Numbered from the stretch's first letter, positions 27,118-38,084 are shown. The stretch is DNA of 64,000 nucleotides from an uncultured Acidimicrobiia bacterium (GCA_966252305.1 CBINOO010000005.1:6889-70888), one strand, 5' to 3'. Notes: a model not told the origin generated them from the sequence alone. Program-made: numbers and translations.

Positions 27118-28512
27118 TCAGGCTTTCAGGGCAGCCAGGATCTCGTCCACCGACTTCTTCGCATCTCCGTACAACATTCGCGTCTTAGGCTTGAAGAAGA
27201 GTGGGTTTTCGACGCCTGCATATCCAGCGCCCTTGCCGCGCTTGAAGACGATGCATTGGCCCGCTTCCCAGGCGTGCAGCACCGGCATGCCGGCGATGGG
27301 GCTCGAGGGGTCGTCGAGCGCGCTCGGATTGACGATGTCGTTGGCGCCAATCACGAGCACGACGTCGGTGGTCGGGAAGTCGTCGTTGATTTCGTCCATC
27401 TCGAGCACGATGTCGTACGGAAGGTTGGCCTCCGCCAGCAGCACATTCATGTGACCGGGGAGACGCCCGGCCACGGGATGAATGGCAAAGCGGACCTGCT
27501 TGCCGAGGCCTCGCAGAATCTGCACGATTTCCTTCACGGGATGCTGGGCCTGCGCGACGGCCATCCCGTACCCCGGCACGATGATGACCGACTGCGCGCT
27601 CTTGAGCTGGGCGACGACGTCCGCTGCCGTCGTGGCGACCATCTCTCCTTCCACGGCCAGCCCTTGCGCCGGCGCCGCGCCTTCGTCGGCGCCGAAGCCT
27701 CCGAGGATCACCGAGATGAACGACCGGTTCATCGCGCGGCACATGATGTAGCTGAGGATGGCGCCCGACGAGCCGACCAGCGCACCGGTAATGATCAGCA
27801 GGTCGTTGGCCAGCATGAAGCCGGCCGCTGATGCCGCCCAGCCCGAATAGCTGTTGAGCATCGAGACCACCACCGGCATGTCGGCGCCGCCGATGGCCAT
27901 GACCAGGTGCACGCCGATCACGCCGGCGATGGCCGTCATGATCAGAAGCTCGGTCAGGCCGTCGTGGCCCTGGCCGAGATACGCCCAGCCCAGCCAGACA
28001 CACGCCGCGAGCATGGCGAGGTTCAGCAGATGGCGCGCGGGCAGCAGCAGCGGCTTGCTGCCGATGACCCCCTGGAGCTTGCCCCACGCAATCACGGACC
28101 CGGTGAAGGTGAGTGAGCCGATGAACACGCCGAGGTAGGTCTCGACGTCGTGAATGGTCTTTTCGACGCCCGTGAGTTCCACCGCCGGGGCGAGGTGATT
28201 GCTGATGCCGACCAGGACCGCTGCGGCGCCCACGAAGCTGTGCAGGATCGCGACCAGCTGCGGCATCGACGTCATGGCCACGCGTGACGCGACAGCTGAC
28301 CCGATGATTGCGGCCAGCGCGATCGCACCGAGGAACGTCGGAGACGCGAGGACACCGGCGTGCAGCGCCACCGCGAGCACGGCGATCAACATGCCGAGCG
28401 CCCCGAACTGGTTCCCGCGCCTGGCGGTTTCCGGATGCGACAGTCCCTTGAGGCTGAGGATGAACAGAACGGCGGCGGCGATATACGACGTGGTGAGCAG
28501 CGAGGACGTCAT
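27118..28512 (-). CDS. pntB: NAD(P) transhydrogenase beta subunit PntB
   Basis: Start at ATG 28512 ([25 protein letters not shown]). Polytopic N-terminal half and an NADP(H)-binding C-terminal domain ([15 protein letters not shown]...ANDIVNP). The 159-aa upstream ORF extension was rejected. Confidence 0.9.
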   Translation of the reverse strand: MTSSLLTTSYIAAAVLFILSLKGLSHPETARRGNQFGALGMLIAVLAVALHAGVLASPTFLGAIALAAIIGSAVASRVAMTSMPQLVAILHSFVGAAAVLVGISNHLAPAVELTGVEKTIHDVETYLGVFIGSLTFTGSVIAWGKLQGVIGSKPLLLPARHLLNLAMLAACVWLGWAYLGQGHDGLTELLIMTAIAGVIGVHLVMAIGGADMPVVVSMLNSYSGWAASAAGFMLANDLLIITGALVGSSGAILSYIMCRAMNRSFISVILGGFGADEGAAPAQGLAVEGEMVATTAADVVAQLKSAQSVIIVPGYGMAVAQAQHPVKEIVQILRGLGKQVRFAIHPVAGRLPGHMNVLLAEANLPYDIVLEMDEINDDFPTTDVVLVIGANDIVNPSALDDPSSPIAGMPVLHAWEAGQCIVFKRGKGAGYAGVENPLFFKPKTRMLYGDAKKSVDEILAALKA

Positions 28513-30080
28513 CGGCGGAACATCTTGAGCATGCGGTGCGTGACAAGGAAGCCACCCGAGATGTTCAGGGCGGCGAGAAGAATGGCGAGCGCACCAAGCA
28601 CACTGGCCGGAGACGCGAGGCCTCCACCAATCTGCAGCATGCCGCCGACGACGATGATGCCGGAGATGGCGTTGGTGACGCTCATCAGTGGCGTGTGCAG
28701 TGCCGGGGTCACGCTCCAGACCACCTGATACCCCACGACACACGCGAGGACGAACACCGTGAGGTGGGTGAGAAAGCTCGGTGGCGCTGCGATGCCGATG
28801 GTGAACAAGGCCAGGCCGGTGACTGCCAGAGTGGCCCAGGACGTGTTCCCGACCGGAGCTGAGTGGGACGAGGCGTGGGACCTGGCCGGTGGGGCGGACG
28901 GCGTCGGCGGCGCGGGTGTCGTCGTGGCGGCCGCCGCGGCCGGGCTCTGCGCCGGTGGCGGCACAGCGGCCACGGCCGGCGGTGGCCACGTCAGGACTCC
29001 GTTCTTGAGCACGGTCATCGGCCGCACGATGTCGTTCTGATCATCGATGGCGAACGTCGCGCCGCCGCCCATTTCGTCGAGCAGGTGCACGATGTTCTGC
29101 GCGTAGAGCGTCGACGCCTGCAGCGCCAGGCGCGAGGGCATGTCCGTGTATCCGATGACGGTGACGCCGTCGATGTTCACGGCCTCGCCCGGGGTCGTGA
29201 GCTCGCAGTTGCCCTGTTGTTCGGCCGCGAGATCCACCACGACGGCCCCACGCCGCATCGACCGCACCATGTCGGCCGTGATCAGAATCGGGGCCCGCTT
29301 GCCGGGAATCAGCGCCGTGGTGATGATGACGTCGACCTCGCGCGCCTGCGCGGCAAACAGCGCCATCTCCGCCTCGATGAACGCCGGACTCATTTCCTTG
29401 GCGTATCCGCCCTGACCCGAGCCGTCCTCGTCAATGGAGACCTCGAGGAATTCGGCGCCCATCGACGCAACCTGCTCGCGGACGACGGGACGGGTATCAA
29501 ACGCGCGGACGATGGCGCCGAGCGCGCGGGCCGCGCCGATGGCGGCCAACCCCGCCACGCCGGCGCCGATGACGAGCACCTTGCATGGCGGGATCTTGCC
29601 GGCGGCCGTCGTCTGGCCGCCCATGGGACGCTGCAGGACCGCCGCCGCCTCGATGACCGCGCGGTAGCCGGACAGGTTGCCCATCGACGACAACGCGTCC
29701 ACTTTTTGCGCGCGCGTCGTGCGGGGCACCTGGTCCATGGCGATGGCCGACACACCCAGCGCCTGCAGCTGCGCTGTGAGGGCGCCGTTCTGGGCGGGAT
29801 ACAGATAGCTGATGAGGGTCTGCCCGGCGGTCAGGCGTGCCGCTTCTGCCTCGGACGGCGGCCGCACCTTGACGACGACAGGCGAGGCCCAGACGTCGGC
29901 CTGTGTGCCGATGCGCGCGCCGGCGGCCACGTAGTCGGGATCCGCGAAGCCGGCCGCGAGGCCGGCGTTGGTCTCCACGATGACGGTGTACCCGAGGGAT
30001 TGGAGCTTGGTAACGGAATCAGGGGTCGCGGCCACGCGACGTTCGAGGGGCGTGACCTCCCTGGCGATGCCGACGATCAT
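28509..30080 (-). CDS. pntA: NAD(P) transhydrogenase alpha subunit PntA (dI plus membrane helices in one polypeptide)
   Basis: [20 protein letters not shown] start and the [15 protein letters not shown] Rossmann motif. A Pro/Ala/Thr-rich linker is followed by C-terminal TM helices. ATGA overlap with pntB. Confidence 0.9.
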   Translation of the reverse strand: MIVGIAREVTPLERRVAATPDSVTKLQSLGYTVIVETNAGLAAGFADPDYVAAGARIGTQADVWASPVVVKVRPPSEAEAARLTAGQTLISYLYPAQNGALTAQLQALGVSAIAMDQVPRTTRAQKVDALSSMGNLSGYRAVIEAAAVLQRPMGGQTTAAGKIPPCKVLVIGAGVAGLAAIGAARALGAIVRAFDTRPVVREQVASMGAEFLEVSIDEDGSGQGGYAKEMSPAFIEAEMALFAAQAREVDVIITTALIPGKRAPILITADMVRSMRRGAVVVDLAAEQQGNCELTTPGEAVNIDGVTVIGYTDMPSRLALQASTLYAQNIVHLLDEMGGGATFAIDDQNDIVRPMTVLKNGVLTWPPPAVAAVPPPAQSPAAAAATTTPAPPTPSAPPARSHASSHSAPVGNTSWATLAVTGLALFTIGIAAPPSFLTHLTVFVLACVVGYQVVWSVTPALHTPLMSVTNAISGIIVVGGMLQIGGGLASPASVLGALAILLAALNISGGFLVTHRMLKMFRR

Positions 30081-30087
30081 GCGGGCA

Positions 30088-30097
30088 ATTGTATGAT
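30088..30097. promoter_or_regulatory. Overlapping face-to-face -10-like hexamers between divergent pntA and the Fe-S oxidoreductase gene
   Basis: ATTGTATGAT reads TATGAT on the plus strand, ending 6 nt before ATG 30104. It reads TACAAT on the minus strand, ending 7 nt before the pntA ATG at 30080. There is no room for a 5' UTR or Shine-Dalgarno sequence. Confidence 0.35.
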
Positions 30098-30103
30098 CCT
30101 CGC

Positions 30104-31963
30104 ATGCACTGGGAGATCTGGGCATTCCGGGCCGTCTTTCTCATCTTCGTGGGCGGGTTCCTCGCCCAGATGTCGACGCGGCTCAAACTCATCGGCGCAG
30201 CGCCTGGGAACTTCTCGTTCGACCATGTCGGCGCCCGGATGGATCGCTTCATCTCCGAGGTGGTGTTTCAGTCGAAAGTCATCGGCGGCCGGAAGGCCGC
30301 CGGGATTGCCCATCTGGCGGTGTTCTGGGGGTTCGTGGCGTTTGGCGGCTTCACGGCCGTCGAGATGTTGCGGGGGCTGGGCATCGTTGACCTGACCCAC
30401 TCGACGCTGTTCATCGTCTACAAGGCCGCGCTGGTGCCGTTTGCCGGGGCCGTGCTGGTGGGCATCATCGGACTCGCGATTCGCAGGGCGTTCGTGCGGC
30501 CACCAGGACTTGGCGCCACCGTGTCGAAGGAGTCGCTGCTGATCGCCGCCTTCATCGCGCTGCTGATGATCACCTATTTCGTCAGTTTCGGATTTGAGAC
30601 CGGGACGATTGGCCGGGTGAACTGGTGGGTGCACATGTTGATCATCCTGGTCTTCATGGTGCTCGTGCCCAACTCGAAGCATCTGCATCTGATCCTGTCG
30701 CCAGCCACGGTCTTCCTGAAGTCGCCCATCCTCGGCACCGTACCCAATCTGGATTTCGAGAAAGAGGAAGTGGGACTGGAAACGGTCAAGGACCTCCCGT
30801 CAAAGACGGTGCTTGATGCGTTCACCTGCGTCGAGTGCGGCCGCTGCCAGGACAACTGCCCGGCATTCGGAACCGGCAAGCGGCTCAATCCGAAGCTGTT
30901 TCCGATTCAGAACGAAGACGCGCTGCTGGCCGGGAAGGCCGATACGCGACTGGTGGATGTCTACGACGAAGGCGTGCTCTGGCAGTGCACCACGTGCGGC
31001 GCGTGTGAGCAGGCGTGTCCGGTGGGCGTGGAGCATCTGCCCAACATCATCGGGGCGCGCCGGGGACTGGTATCAAACGGGGAGGCGCCGGAGTTCCTCA
31101 CTGGTGTCTTCACCAACCTGGAGCGGCGACAGAACATCTGGGGCCTGATGTACGACCAGCGCGCCAAGTTCGTGCAGGCGGCGGAACTCGAGACGTTTAA
31201 TCCGGCCAAACACGAATATCTGGTGTGGCTGGGGTGTGCCGGCGCGTTCGAGGCCGACTACCAGAAATCGATGCGCTCGCTGTTTGACCTGTTGCGGATG
31301 AAGGGCAAGACGTTCGGCGTGCTCTCGAAGGAGCGGTGCACGGGCGACGTCGCGAAACGCACCGGGAACGAATACATGTACCAGGAGCTGGCAACGCAGA
31401 ACATCGAGGACCTGCGCGCCGCCGGTGTGAAGAAGATCGTCACCTCGTGCCCGCATTGCGTGAAGACCATCGCGCACGACTACCGGCTGCTGGGCTACGA
31501 AGTCGAGGCCGTGCACTCCGCGAAGCTGGTGGAGCAGTTGACGCGTGACATGCTGCCGTCCTGGACCGAGCGTGACCAGGTCACGTACCACGATCCGTGT
31601 TACCTCGGGCGGTACGCGAATACACACGAGGAGCCGCGAGCGCTGTTGCAACGTTTTGGCGCCGACGTGGCCGAGCCGGTGCGCAATCGCGACAATCCTT
31701 TCTGCTGCGGCGCCGGCGGCGGTCTGCTGTTTGAGGAACACGAGTCGGGCAAGCGGATCTCGCAGGAGCGTTTTGACCAGCTGCAGGCCACCGGCGCGGG
31801 CACGGTCGTGATGGCGTGTCCCTTCTGCTCCATCATGCTGAAGGGCGCGCAGGCCTCCACCAATGCTCCTGTGCACATGGTCGACCTGATGACGTACGTG
31901 GACGGCAAACTCAAGACGCTGCACGCCTCACGCCAGGCGCCCGACGATGCCGGCACCCACTGA
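30104..31963 (+). CDS. Membrane-bound Fe-S/CCG-domain oxidoreductase (HdrD/DsrMK-like; candidate EtfAB:menaquinone oxidoreductase type)
   Basis: N-terminal ~200 aa contain several TM helices with conserved His. Two ferredoxin motifs follow ([24 protein letters not shown]). Two CCG-type Cys-rich domains complete the protein (TSCPHC..., [15 protein letters not shown]). The start may be TTG 30089 or ATG 30104. Confidence 0.75.
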   Translation: MHWEIWAFRAVFLIFVGGFLAQMSTRLKLIGAAPGNFSFDHVGARMDRFISEVVFQSKVIGGRKAAGIAHLAVFWGFVAFGGFTAVEMLRGLGIVDLTHSTLFIVYKAALVPFAGAVLVGIIGLAIRRAFVRPPGLGATVSKESLLIAAFIALLMITYFVSFGFETGTIGRVNWWVHMLIILVFMVLVPNSKHLHLILSPATVFLKSPILGTVPNLDFEKEEVGLETVKDLPSKTVLDAFTCVECGRCQDNCPAFGTGKRLNPKLFPIQNEDALLAGKADTRLVDVYDEGVLWQCTTCGACEQACPVGVEHLPNIIGARRGLVSNGEAPEFLTGVFTNLERRQNIWGLMYDQRAKFVQAAELETFNPAKHEYLVWLGCAGAFEADYQKSMRSLFDLLRMKGKTFGVLSKERCTGDVAKRTGNEYMYQELATQNIEDLRAAGVKKIVTSCPHCVKTIAHDYRLLGYEVEAVHSAKLVEQLTRDMLPSWTERDQVTYHDPCYLGRYANTHEEPRALLQRFGADVAEPVRNRDNPFCCGAGGGLLFEEHESGKRISQERFDQLQATGAGTVVMACPFCSIMLKGAQASTNAPVHMVDLMTYVDGKLKTLHASRQAPDDAGTH

Positions 31964-32621
31964 GGGGTGGCGTCGCTCGCGGTGGAAGCGCGCGCAGGTG
32001 CGCGCGATCTCGTCCGTGGCCTGGCCGATCATCGAGGGGCTCGGCGGCACGTATCACTGGACGGTGAGTGGCCAGGAGCACCTCGCGGCCGTTGACGCAG
32101 GAGGCCGGGCTCCCATCTACGCGTTCTGGCACGGCCGGGTGCTGTCGGCGACGCTCTTCTTTCGCGACCGCGGCATTATCGTCATCACCAGCGAAAATTT
32201 TGATGGCGAGTGGATCGCGCGGGTGATTGGCAAGTTCGGGTACGGTACCGCCCGCGGATCTTCGTCGCGGGGCGGTGCCCGCGCGCTGGTGCAGCTGCGG
32301 CGGGATCTGGCCGCCGGCAGCCCGGTGGCGTTCACTGTGGATGGTCCACGCGGACCGGCGCGCCACGCGCAGCCAGGCGCGCTGTGGCTGGCGGGCGCGA
32401 CCGGCCATCCAATCCTGCCGTTTCACATCGAGGCCTCGCCGGCGTGGACGGCGCGCAGCTGGGACCGCCATCAGATTCCCAAACCCGGCGCACGGGTGTC
32501 GGTGGCCATAGGGGAACCGCTCCACGTGCCGGCCACCGACGACAGTACGGTTGAGCGTTCGCGCCTGCAACTCGAGCAGGCGTTAACGGAGCTCGAGCGC
32601 CGCGCCCGCGCTGTGTTCTGA
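31947..32621 (+). CDS. DUF374-family (lysophospholipid acyltransferase-like) protein
   Basis: FWHGRVL...ITSENFDGEWIARVIGKFGYGTARGSSSRGGARAL...FTVDGPRGP pattern typical of DUF374. Confidence 0.7.
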   Translation: MPAPTEGWRRSRWKRAQVRAISSVAWPIIEGLGGTYHWTVSGQEHLAAVDAGGRAPIYAFWHGRVLSATLFFRDRGIIVITSENFDGEWIARVIGKFGYGTARGSSSRGGARALVQLRRDLAAGSPVAFTVDGPRGPARHAQPGALWLAGATGHPILPFHIEASPAWTARSWDRHQIPKPGARVSVAIGEPLHVPATDDSTVERSRLQLEQALTELERRARAVF

Positions 32622-32628
32622 TCAGACG

Positions 32629-33543
32629 ATGCGCCTGTTCCACTCACCGCGATTCACCGAACATACGCCGCCTCCCGGACACCCGGAGCGGATCGAGCGC
32701 GGCGAAGCCCTCGACGCCGTCGCGCGAGCCTTTGCCGCCGGCGGCGGACGGGTCTCTGCCCCGAGGGTCGTCACCGCAGAGGAGCTCGCGCGTGTGCACA
32801 CTGCGGAGTACCTGGCCTCGATTGAGGCGCTGCGTGGACGCGCCGCCATGATCGACGCGGATACATTCACGTCGCCCGAGTCGGTCGAGGTCGCGCAGCT
32901 GGCGGCCGGAGCCACGGTCGATGCGGCGTTACATGCCTGGCAGACGGGCGAAGCGGCGATGGCGCTCGTGCGCCCGCCAGGGCATCACGCGGAGCCGCAC
33001 AAGGCGATGGGCTTCTGCCTGTACAGCAACATTGCCGTGGCCGCGGCCGCGCTGCGCGCGCAGGGGGCCGCTCGGGTCGCGGTGGTCGACTTCGACGTGC
33101 ACCACGGCAATGGCACGCAGGAGGTGTTCTGGCGCGACCCCTCCGTGTTGTTCATCTCGAGCCATCAGTATCCGTTCTGGCCCGGCAGCGGGGCGCACAC
33201 CGAACGGGGCGCTGGTCCCGGTGAGGGCGCGACGCTGAACTTGCCGCTGGTCGCCGGCGCGCGCGACGTCGAGGTGCTCGACGCCTGGGAGCGCACGGCA
33301 CTGCCGCTCATCGAATCGTTCAGGCCGGAGGCCCTCCTGATCTCCGCCGGGTATGACGCACACGAACTCGACCCGCTGGGCGGGTTGAGAATGACCACCG
33401 GCGGGTTTGCCCGTCTTTCAGAGATGCTGGCCGACGCCGCGCGCCGGCTCTGCGGCGGCAGGGTGGCTGCGGTCACCGAGGGCGGCTACGACCTGGGTGC
33501 GCTCCGGGAGGGCGTGGAGGCCACCATCGAGGCCCTCAGCTGA
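32629..33543 (+). CDS. Histone deacetylase-family (class II HDAC/AcuC-like) deacetylase
   Basis: HPERPER-like start (GHPERIERG), RPPGHHA, and DFDVHHGNGTQ zinc/active-site motifs. Confidence 0.85.
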   Translation: MRLFHSPRFTEHTPPPGHPERIERGEALDAVARAFAAGGGRVSAPRVVTAEELARVHTAEYLASIEALRGRAAMIDADTFTSPESVEVAQLAAGATVDAALHAWQTGEAAMALVRPPGHHAEPHKAMGFCLYSNIAVAAAALRAQGAARVAVVDFDVHHGNGTQEVFWRDPSVLFISSHQYPFWPGSGAHTERGAGPGEGATLNLPLVAGARDVEVLDAWERTALPLIESFRPEALLISAGYDAHELDPLGGLRMTTGGFARLSEMLADAARRLCGGRVAAVTEGGYDLGALREGVEATIEALS

Positions 33544-33566
33544 CCCACGCCAGATAGAATGTTGGC

Positions 33567-36119
33567 GTGAGTACGTATCGCCCCCAGGACATCGAGCAGA
33601 AATGGCAGGCGCGCTGGACGGAGTCGCGCGCATTTGAAGTCACCGAAGACCCGTCCAAGCCCAAGTTTTATTGCCTGGAGATGTTTGCCTACCCTTCCGG
33701 GCACGCCCACGTCGGGCATGTGCGCAATTACATGATTGGCGACATCATGGCGCGCCTCAAGCGGATGCGCGGCTACAACGTGCTGCACCCGTTCGGGTGG
33801 GACGCGTTCGGGCTGCCCGCTGAAAACGCCGCCATCAAGAACAAGCTGCATCCCGAGACGTGGACCCTCGACAACATCGCCTACATGAAGGGGCAACTGC
33901 AGCGGTTGGGGATCAGCTACGCGTGGGAACGGGAACTGGCGACGTGCCTGCCCAACTACTACAAGTGGAATCAGTGGCTGTTCACGCGCATGTTCGAAAA
34001 GGGCCTCGCGTACCGGCGCCGCTCGAACGTGAACTGGTGCGAGAGCTGTCAGACAGTGCTGGCCAACGAGCAGGTCGTAGACGGTGGGTGCTGGAGGTGC
34101 GGCACCCCGGTCACGCTGCGTGAACTCGAGCAGTGGTGCCTGCGCATCACCGCTTACGCCGACGAGCTGCTGCAGGCCACGGACGGCCTCAAGGAGTGGC
34201 CCGAAAAAGTCCTCACGATGCAGCGCAACTGGATCGGGCGCTCGGAGGGGGCCCGGGTTTCCTTTGCGCTGGCGCACGCAAATGGGGAAATGGGGAAATG
34301 GGGAAATGGGGTAATCGAGGTCTTCACGACGCGCATCGACACGATTTACGGCGCGATGTTCGTGATGCTCGGTCCTGAGCATCCCCTGGTCGACGCGATT
34401 GCCGCGCAGTCGGCGGATCCGGCTGCGTTCCGCGCGAAGGTGGCCGCGTTCCGCGCACAGGACAAGTCCGCGCGCGTGACGGGGGAGGTCGACAAGGAAG
34501 GGTTTGACACGGGCGTGTCGGTCATCAACCCGTTCACGAACGAACCGGTGCCCGTGTGGATCGCCAACTTCGTGCTGGGCGATTACGGCACGGGCGCCGT
34601 GATGGGTGTGCCCGCGCACGATCAGCGTGACTTCGAATTCGCCCGCAAATACAACCTCCCGATTCGAGTGGTTGTGCAGCCTGCCGACGGCTCGGCCCTG
34701 GATGCCGCGACGATGATCGAGGCGTACGCGGGTGAGGGCACCACGATCAACTCCGGGGAGTGGAACGGGCTTGAGTGGCCGACGGCGAATGCACGGATGA
34801 CGGCGGAAGCGGCGCGTCGCGGCATTGGGGAAGGCACGGTGCAATACCGCCTGAAGGACTGGGGGATCTCGCGGCAGCGGTACTGGGGGACCCCGATTCC
34901 GATCATCCACTGCGGCACGTGCGGCATGGTGCCGGTGCCCGATGCTGACCTGCCGGTGGAACTGCCGAAGATCACGGAGTTCACCGGCCGCGGCGATTCT
35001 CCGCTCGCGCAGGTCCCCGAGTTCGTCAACGTGACGTGTCCGACGTGCGGCGGGCCCGCGCGACGCGAGACGGACACGATGGACACGTTTGTGGATTCCT
35101 CGTGGTACTTCTACCGCTTCTGCGATCCGCACAACGATGCGCTGCCGTTTGATCCGGCCAAGGTCGCGTACTGGGGACCGGTCGATTTCTACAGCGGCGG
35201 CGTCGAACACGCCATCCTGCACCTGATTTACTCCCGCTTCTTCAGCCGGGTGTTCAGGGACATCGGCCTGGTGACCATTGACGAGCCGTTTACCCGGCTG
35301 CTCACGCAGGGGATGGTGCTCAACAATGGCGCCGTGATGTCGAAGTCGAAGGGCAATGTGGTCGATCCCGACGACATGATCCGGAAGTTCGGCGCCGACG
35401 CGCTGCGCCTCTACGTGATGTTCGTGGCACCGCCGGAGAAGGAAGTCGAGTGGACCGACTCCGGGCTGGAAGGGTCGTTCCGCTTCCTCAACCGCGTCTG
35501 GCGCATCGTTGACCACCTGGCCGACGTGGTGCGTTCGGCGCCGTCAACCGACAGCCTCACGTTTGACGAGGCGGACCGCGCGCTGCGCCGCAAGACACAC
35601 GCATCCGTTCGCCGTGTGACGCAGGATCTCGATCCGCGTGTGCATCTCAACACGGCAGTCGCGGGCCTGATGGAACTGGTCAACGAACTCTACGCCTACG
35701 CGGAGATTCGCGGCGTCCGGCCTCTCGGCGTCGACGACGAGCCGCGGGCGCAGGTGGACCGTCGGGAAACCGCTGCGGTCCTGCGTGAAGCGATCGAGGC
35801 GCTCGTCCTGATGCTGTCGCCGTTCACGCCGCACCTGTGCGAAGAGCTGTGGGAACAACTCGGCCACGCCGACGGCGTTGTCGCGGCGGGGTGGCCATCC
35901 TGGGATGACGCGATTGCCCGCGATGAGTCGATTGAGATCCCGGTGCAGGTCAACGGGAAGGTGCGCGCGCGCATTTCCGTGCCGGCCGACTCCACGCCGG
36001 CGGCCAACGTGGAGACGGCGCTGGCCTCGCCGGAGGTGCAGAAATGGATCGAGGGCAAGACGATCGTGAAGACGATTCACGCGCGCATCGATCAGCCCAT
36101 CAGTATCGTTGTGAGGTGA
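33567..36119 (+). CDS. leuS: Leucyl-tRNA synthetase
   Basis: HVGH (HIGH-type) motif [15 protein letters not shown] motif VMSKSKGN, and the CP1 editing-domain block [10 protein letters not shown]. 850 aa. Confidence 0.95.
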   Translation: MSTYRPQDIEQKWQARWTESRAFEVTEDPSKPKFYCLEMFAYPSGHAHVGHVRNYMIGDIMARLKRMRGYNVLHPFGWDAFGLPAENAAIKNKLHPETWTLDNIAYMKGQLQRLGISYAWERELATCLPNYYKWNQWLFTRMFEKGLAYRRRSNVNWCESCQTVLANEQVVDGGCWRCGTPVTLRELEQWCLRITAYADELLQATDGLKEWPEKVLTMQRNWIGRSEGARVSFALAHANGEMGKWGNGVIEVFTTRIDTIYGAMFVMLGPEHPLVDAIAAQSADPAAFRAKVAAFRAQDKSARVTGEVDKEGFDTGVSVINPFTNEPVPVWIANFVLGDYGTGAVMGVPAHDQRDFEFARKYNLPIRVVVQPADGSALDAATMIEAYAGEGTTINSGEWNGLEWPTANARMTAEAARRGIGEGTVQYRLKDWGISRQRYWGTPIPIIHCGTCGMVPVPDADLPVELPKITEFTGRGDSPLAQVPEFVNVTCPTCGGPARRETDTMDTFVDSSWYFYRFCDPHNDALPFDPAKVAYWGPVDFYSGGVEHAILHLIYSRFFSRVFRDIGLVTIDEPFTRLLTQGMVLNNGAVMSKSKGNVVDPDDMIRKFGADALRLYVMFVAPPEKEVEWTDSGLEGSFRFLNRVWRIVDHLADVVRSAPSTDSLTFDEADRALRRKTHASVRRVTQDLDPRVHLNTAVAGLMELVNELYAYAEIRGVRPLGVDDEPRAQVDRRETAAVLREAIEALVLMLSPFTPHLCEELWEQLGHADGVVAAGWPSWDDAIARDESIEIPVQVNGKVRARISVPADSTPAANVETALASPEVQKWIEGKTIVKTIHARIDQPISIVVR
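34281..34312. repeat. 8-nt tandem repeat AATGGGGA x3.9 inside leuS
   Basis: AATGGGGA AATGGGGA AATGGGGA AATGGGGT read directly. It encodes [10 protein letters not shown] just before the conserved IEVFTTR block and is conspicuously AT-rich for this gene. Confidence 0.9.
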
Positions 36120-36694
36120 TGCGCATGTCTGTGAGCCTTCGCGCCCCCGTTTCTCCGGTGAACAGGCTGATGCTGCTCGCCGTGTTGCTGTGCGCGTCCG
36201 GCATCGCGTCCGGCTGCGGATACGCGCTGTCTGGGCGGGGATCGTTCCTGCCCGACTACATTCGGATCGTCGGTATTCCGGCCTTCGAGAACAAGACGAC
36301 CATCCCGGAGGTTGACCGGATCCTCACGGAGGCGGTGCGCGTCGAATTCGCCGGACGCGGCCGGTACACCATCAAGACGGAGACCGGCGACGTCGATGCC
36401 GTTCTGACCGGCACGATCACCGGGGTGCGGTTTGATGCCACCGCGTTCACGTCCAACAGCCAGGCCGCGCGGCAGAATCTGATCGTCACGGCGACCATCG
36501 AGTTTCGCGACCTGCGGACCAACAAGGTGTTGTGGGCCAATCCCGCCATGCAGTACACCGAGCAGTTCGACGTCGCGACGACGGCCGCCGGGGCAGATGC
36601 GGCCACGTTCCTCGGGCGGGACACGGCCGCGATGCGTCGCCTCTCCGAGAACTTCGCGCGCTCGGTGGTGACGTCCATCCTCGAGGCGTTCTGA
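36119..36694 (+). CDS. lptE: LPS-assembly lipoprotein LptE
   Basis: Signal peptide plus lipobox LLCASGIASGCGYALSG (the CGY start is typical of LptE). About 190 aa. Conserved leuS-lptE-holA synteny. The ATG overlaps the leuS stop. Confidence 0.75.
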   Translation: MRMSVSLRAPVSPVNRLMLLAVLLCASGIASGCGYALSGRGSFLPDYIRIVGIPAFENKTTIPEVDRILTEAVRVEFAGRGRYTIKTETGDVDAVLTGTITGVRFDATAFTSNSQAARQNLIVTATIEFRDLRTNKVLWANPAMQYTEQFDVATTAAGADAATFLGRDTAAMRRLSENFARSVVTSILEAF

Positions 36695-36698
36695 GTCC

Positions 36699-37739
36699 GT
36701 GGCGCTCCTGTCCGTCGACGCGCTTCGCAGCCAGATCAAAACTGGCACGCTGGCACGCCTGTACCTCTTCGTCGGCGAAGATGTGAAACTGGCCGACCGC
36801 ATGGTCGATGCGATCGAGGCCACCGTTCCCGAGGCGGACCGGGCCTTCGCCGTGGATCGCGTGTACGCCGGCGAGGCCGGGGGGCTGCCCGTTGATATCG
36901 CGGCGGCATGCCGCAGCCTGCCGATGCTTGGGGATCGCCGACTGGTGATCGTCATGCGTGCCGAACGGCTGCTCAAGCCGAAACGCGCGGGCAAGGCGAC
37001 AGATGACGAGCCGGAGGAGGGGAGCGACGTTCCGGACGGAGAGTCAAGCGCGAGCGATCTGACGCCGCTGGAAGACTACGTTGCGTCGCCGTCCGACTTC
37101 GCCACGCTGGTGTTTGTGGCCGCCGAGATTGATCGCACGCGGCGCTTCACCAAACGGCTCGTGGAGGCCGCGCAGGTCGTGGCGTTCGAGGGCATCCGCG
37201 CGGAAGGTCCGGGCGGGCAACGCGAGGCGCACGCCGTGGCGACACAGTGGGTGCGCGACGAGATGACCCGCGAAGGGCGGACGATCGAGCCCGCCGCGGT
37301 CAAGGTGCTCGTCGAGCGCGCGGGTGGTGACATCTCGAAGCTGCGGGGTGACCTTGAGCGCCTGCTGCTGTTCACACAGGACCGCCCGACGACCACGGCG
37401 GCCGACGCGGACGAAATCGCCTCCGACGCGTCGACCGTGCTGGATGACTGGGGGCTGACCAACGCCATCGGTGACGGCGACGCCGGCCGCGCGCTGCGTG
37501 AAGTTGCCGTGCGCTTCGAGCGCGGTGATTCGCCGCACGCGATGGTGGGGCAGCTGCGCTGGTGGGTGTCGAACCGGTTGGCGGATGGCGCGCCCGATCG
37601 CGTCAAAGGCGCACTGGATGCGCTGCTGCGCACCGATCTGGCGCTCAAAAGTTCGGGTGGGGAAACGCGGGTCCTGCTGGAACGGCTCGTCGTGGAATTG
37701 ACCGGCCGTCCTGTGGCATCGCGTGGATGGCGTCGCTGA
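36699..37739 (+). CDS. holA: DNA polymerase III delta subunit HolA
   Basis: LYLFVGEDVKLADRM N-terminus, 346 aa, in the expected position after lptE. Confidence 0.8.
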   Translation: MALLSVDALRSQIKTGTLARLYLFVGEDVKLADRMVDAIEATVPEADRAFAVDRVYAGEAGGLPVDIAAACRSLPMLGDRRLVIVMRAERLLKPKRAGKATDDEPEEGSDVPDGESSASDLTPLEDYVASPSDFATLVFVAAEIDRTRRFTKRLVEAAQVVAFEGIRAEGPGGQREAHAVATQWVRDEMTREGRTIEPAAVKVLVERAGGDISKLRGDLERLLLFTQDRPTTTAADADEIASDASTVLDDWGLTNAIGDGDAGRALREVAVRFERGDSPHAMVGQLRWWVSNRLADGAPDRVKGALDALLRTDLALKSSGGETRVLLERLVVELTGRPVASRGWRR

Positions 37740-37753
37740 GCGACGCCATCGCC

Positions 37754-38029
37754 TTACGCTGACGCGGTCTTTTTGGCCAGGCCCTTCGCGATCCGCGACT
37801 TGTAGCGGCCGGCCGCGTTGTCGTGGATGATGCGCTTGGCCGACATCTTGTCGATGAGCGAGAAGGTCTTGTTCAGGGCCGCTTTGGCCTCGTCGGTCTT
37901 CCCTGCATCGATGGCCGCGCGGATGGCCTTCAGGCCCGTCCGCAGCTTCGACCGCAGCTCACGGTTGTGGGCGGTCCGCTTGATCGTCTGGCGGTTTGCC
38001 TTGACCGCCGATTTGTGTCGAGTTGCCAC
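37754..38029 (-). CDS. rpsT: 30S ribosomal protein S20
   Basis: (GTG)ATRHKSAVKANRQTIKRTAHNRELRSKLRT. 91 aa, with a GAGAGG Shine-Dalgarno sequence upstream. Confidence 0.95.
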   Translation of the reverse strand: MATRHKSAVKANRQTIKRTAHNRELRSKLRTGLKAIRAAIDAGKTDEAKAALNKTFSLIDKMSAKRIIHDNAAGRYKSRIAKGLAKKTASA

Positions 38030-38084
38030 GTTCTGAACCTCTCAGCTGGAGCCGGTGAGCGGCCCCGAAACACCAAAGTATACC

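Noticed and set aside
28513-28989. 159-codon N-terminal extension of the pntB ORF (and the similar extension of pntA to 30125)
   Set aside because: The extension overlaps the pntA C-terminal coding region in another frame and is Arg/His-rich. PntB homologs begin at the MTSSLL... hydrophobic start, which also forms an ATGA junction with pntA.
33486-35516. 676-aa minus-strand ORF
   Set aside because: It is antisense to leuS. It has no motifs and the same compositional signature as other shadow ORFs. Other long shadow ORFs were rejected for the same reason: 2016..3233, 5907..7307, 11479..12393, 14686..15912, 21619..22884, 23385..24581, 28863..30395, 38378..39316, 38916..39929, 47405..48706, 50287..52554 and 55600..56496.
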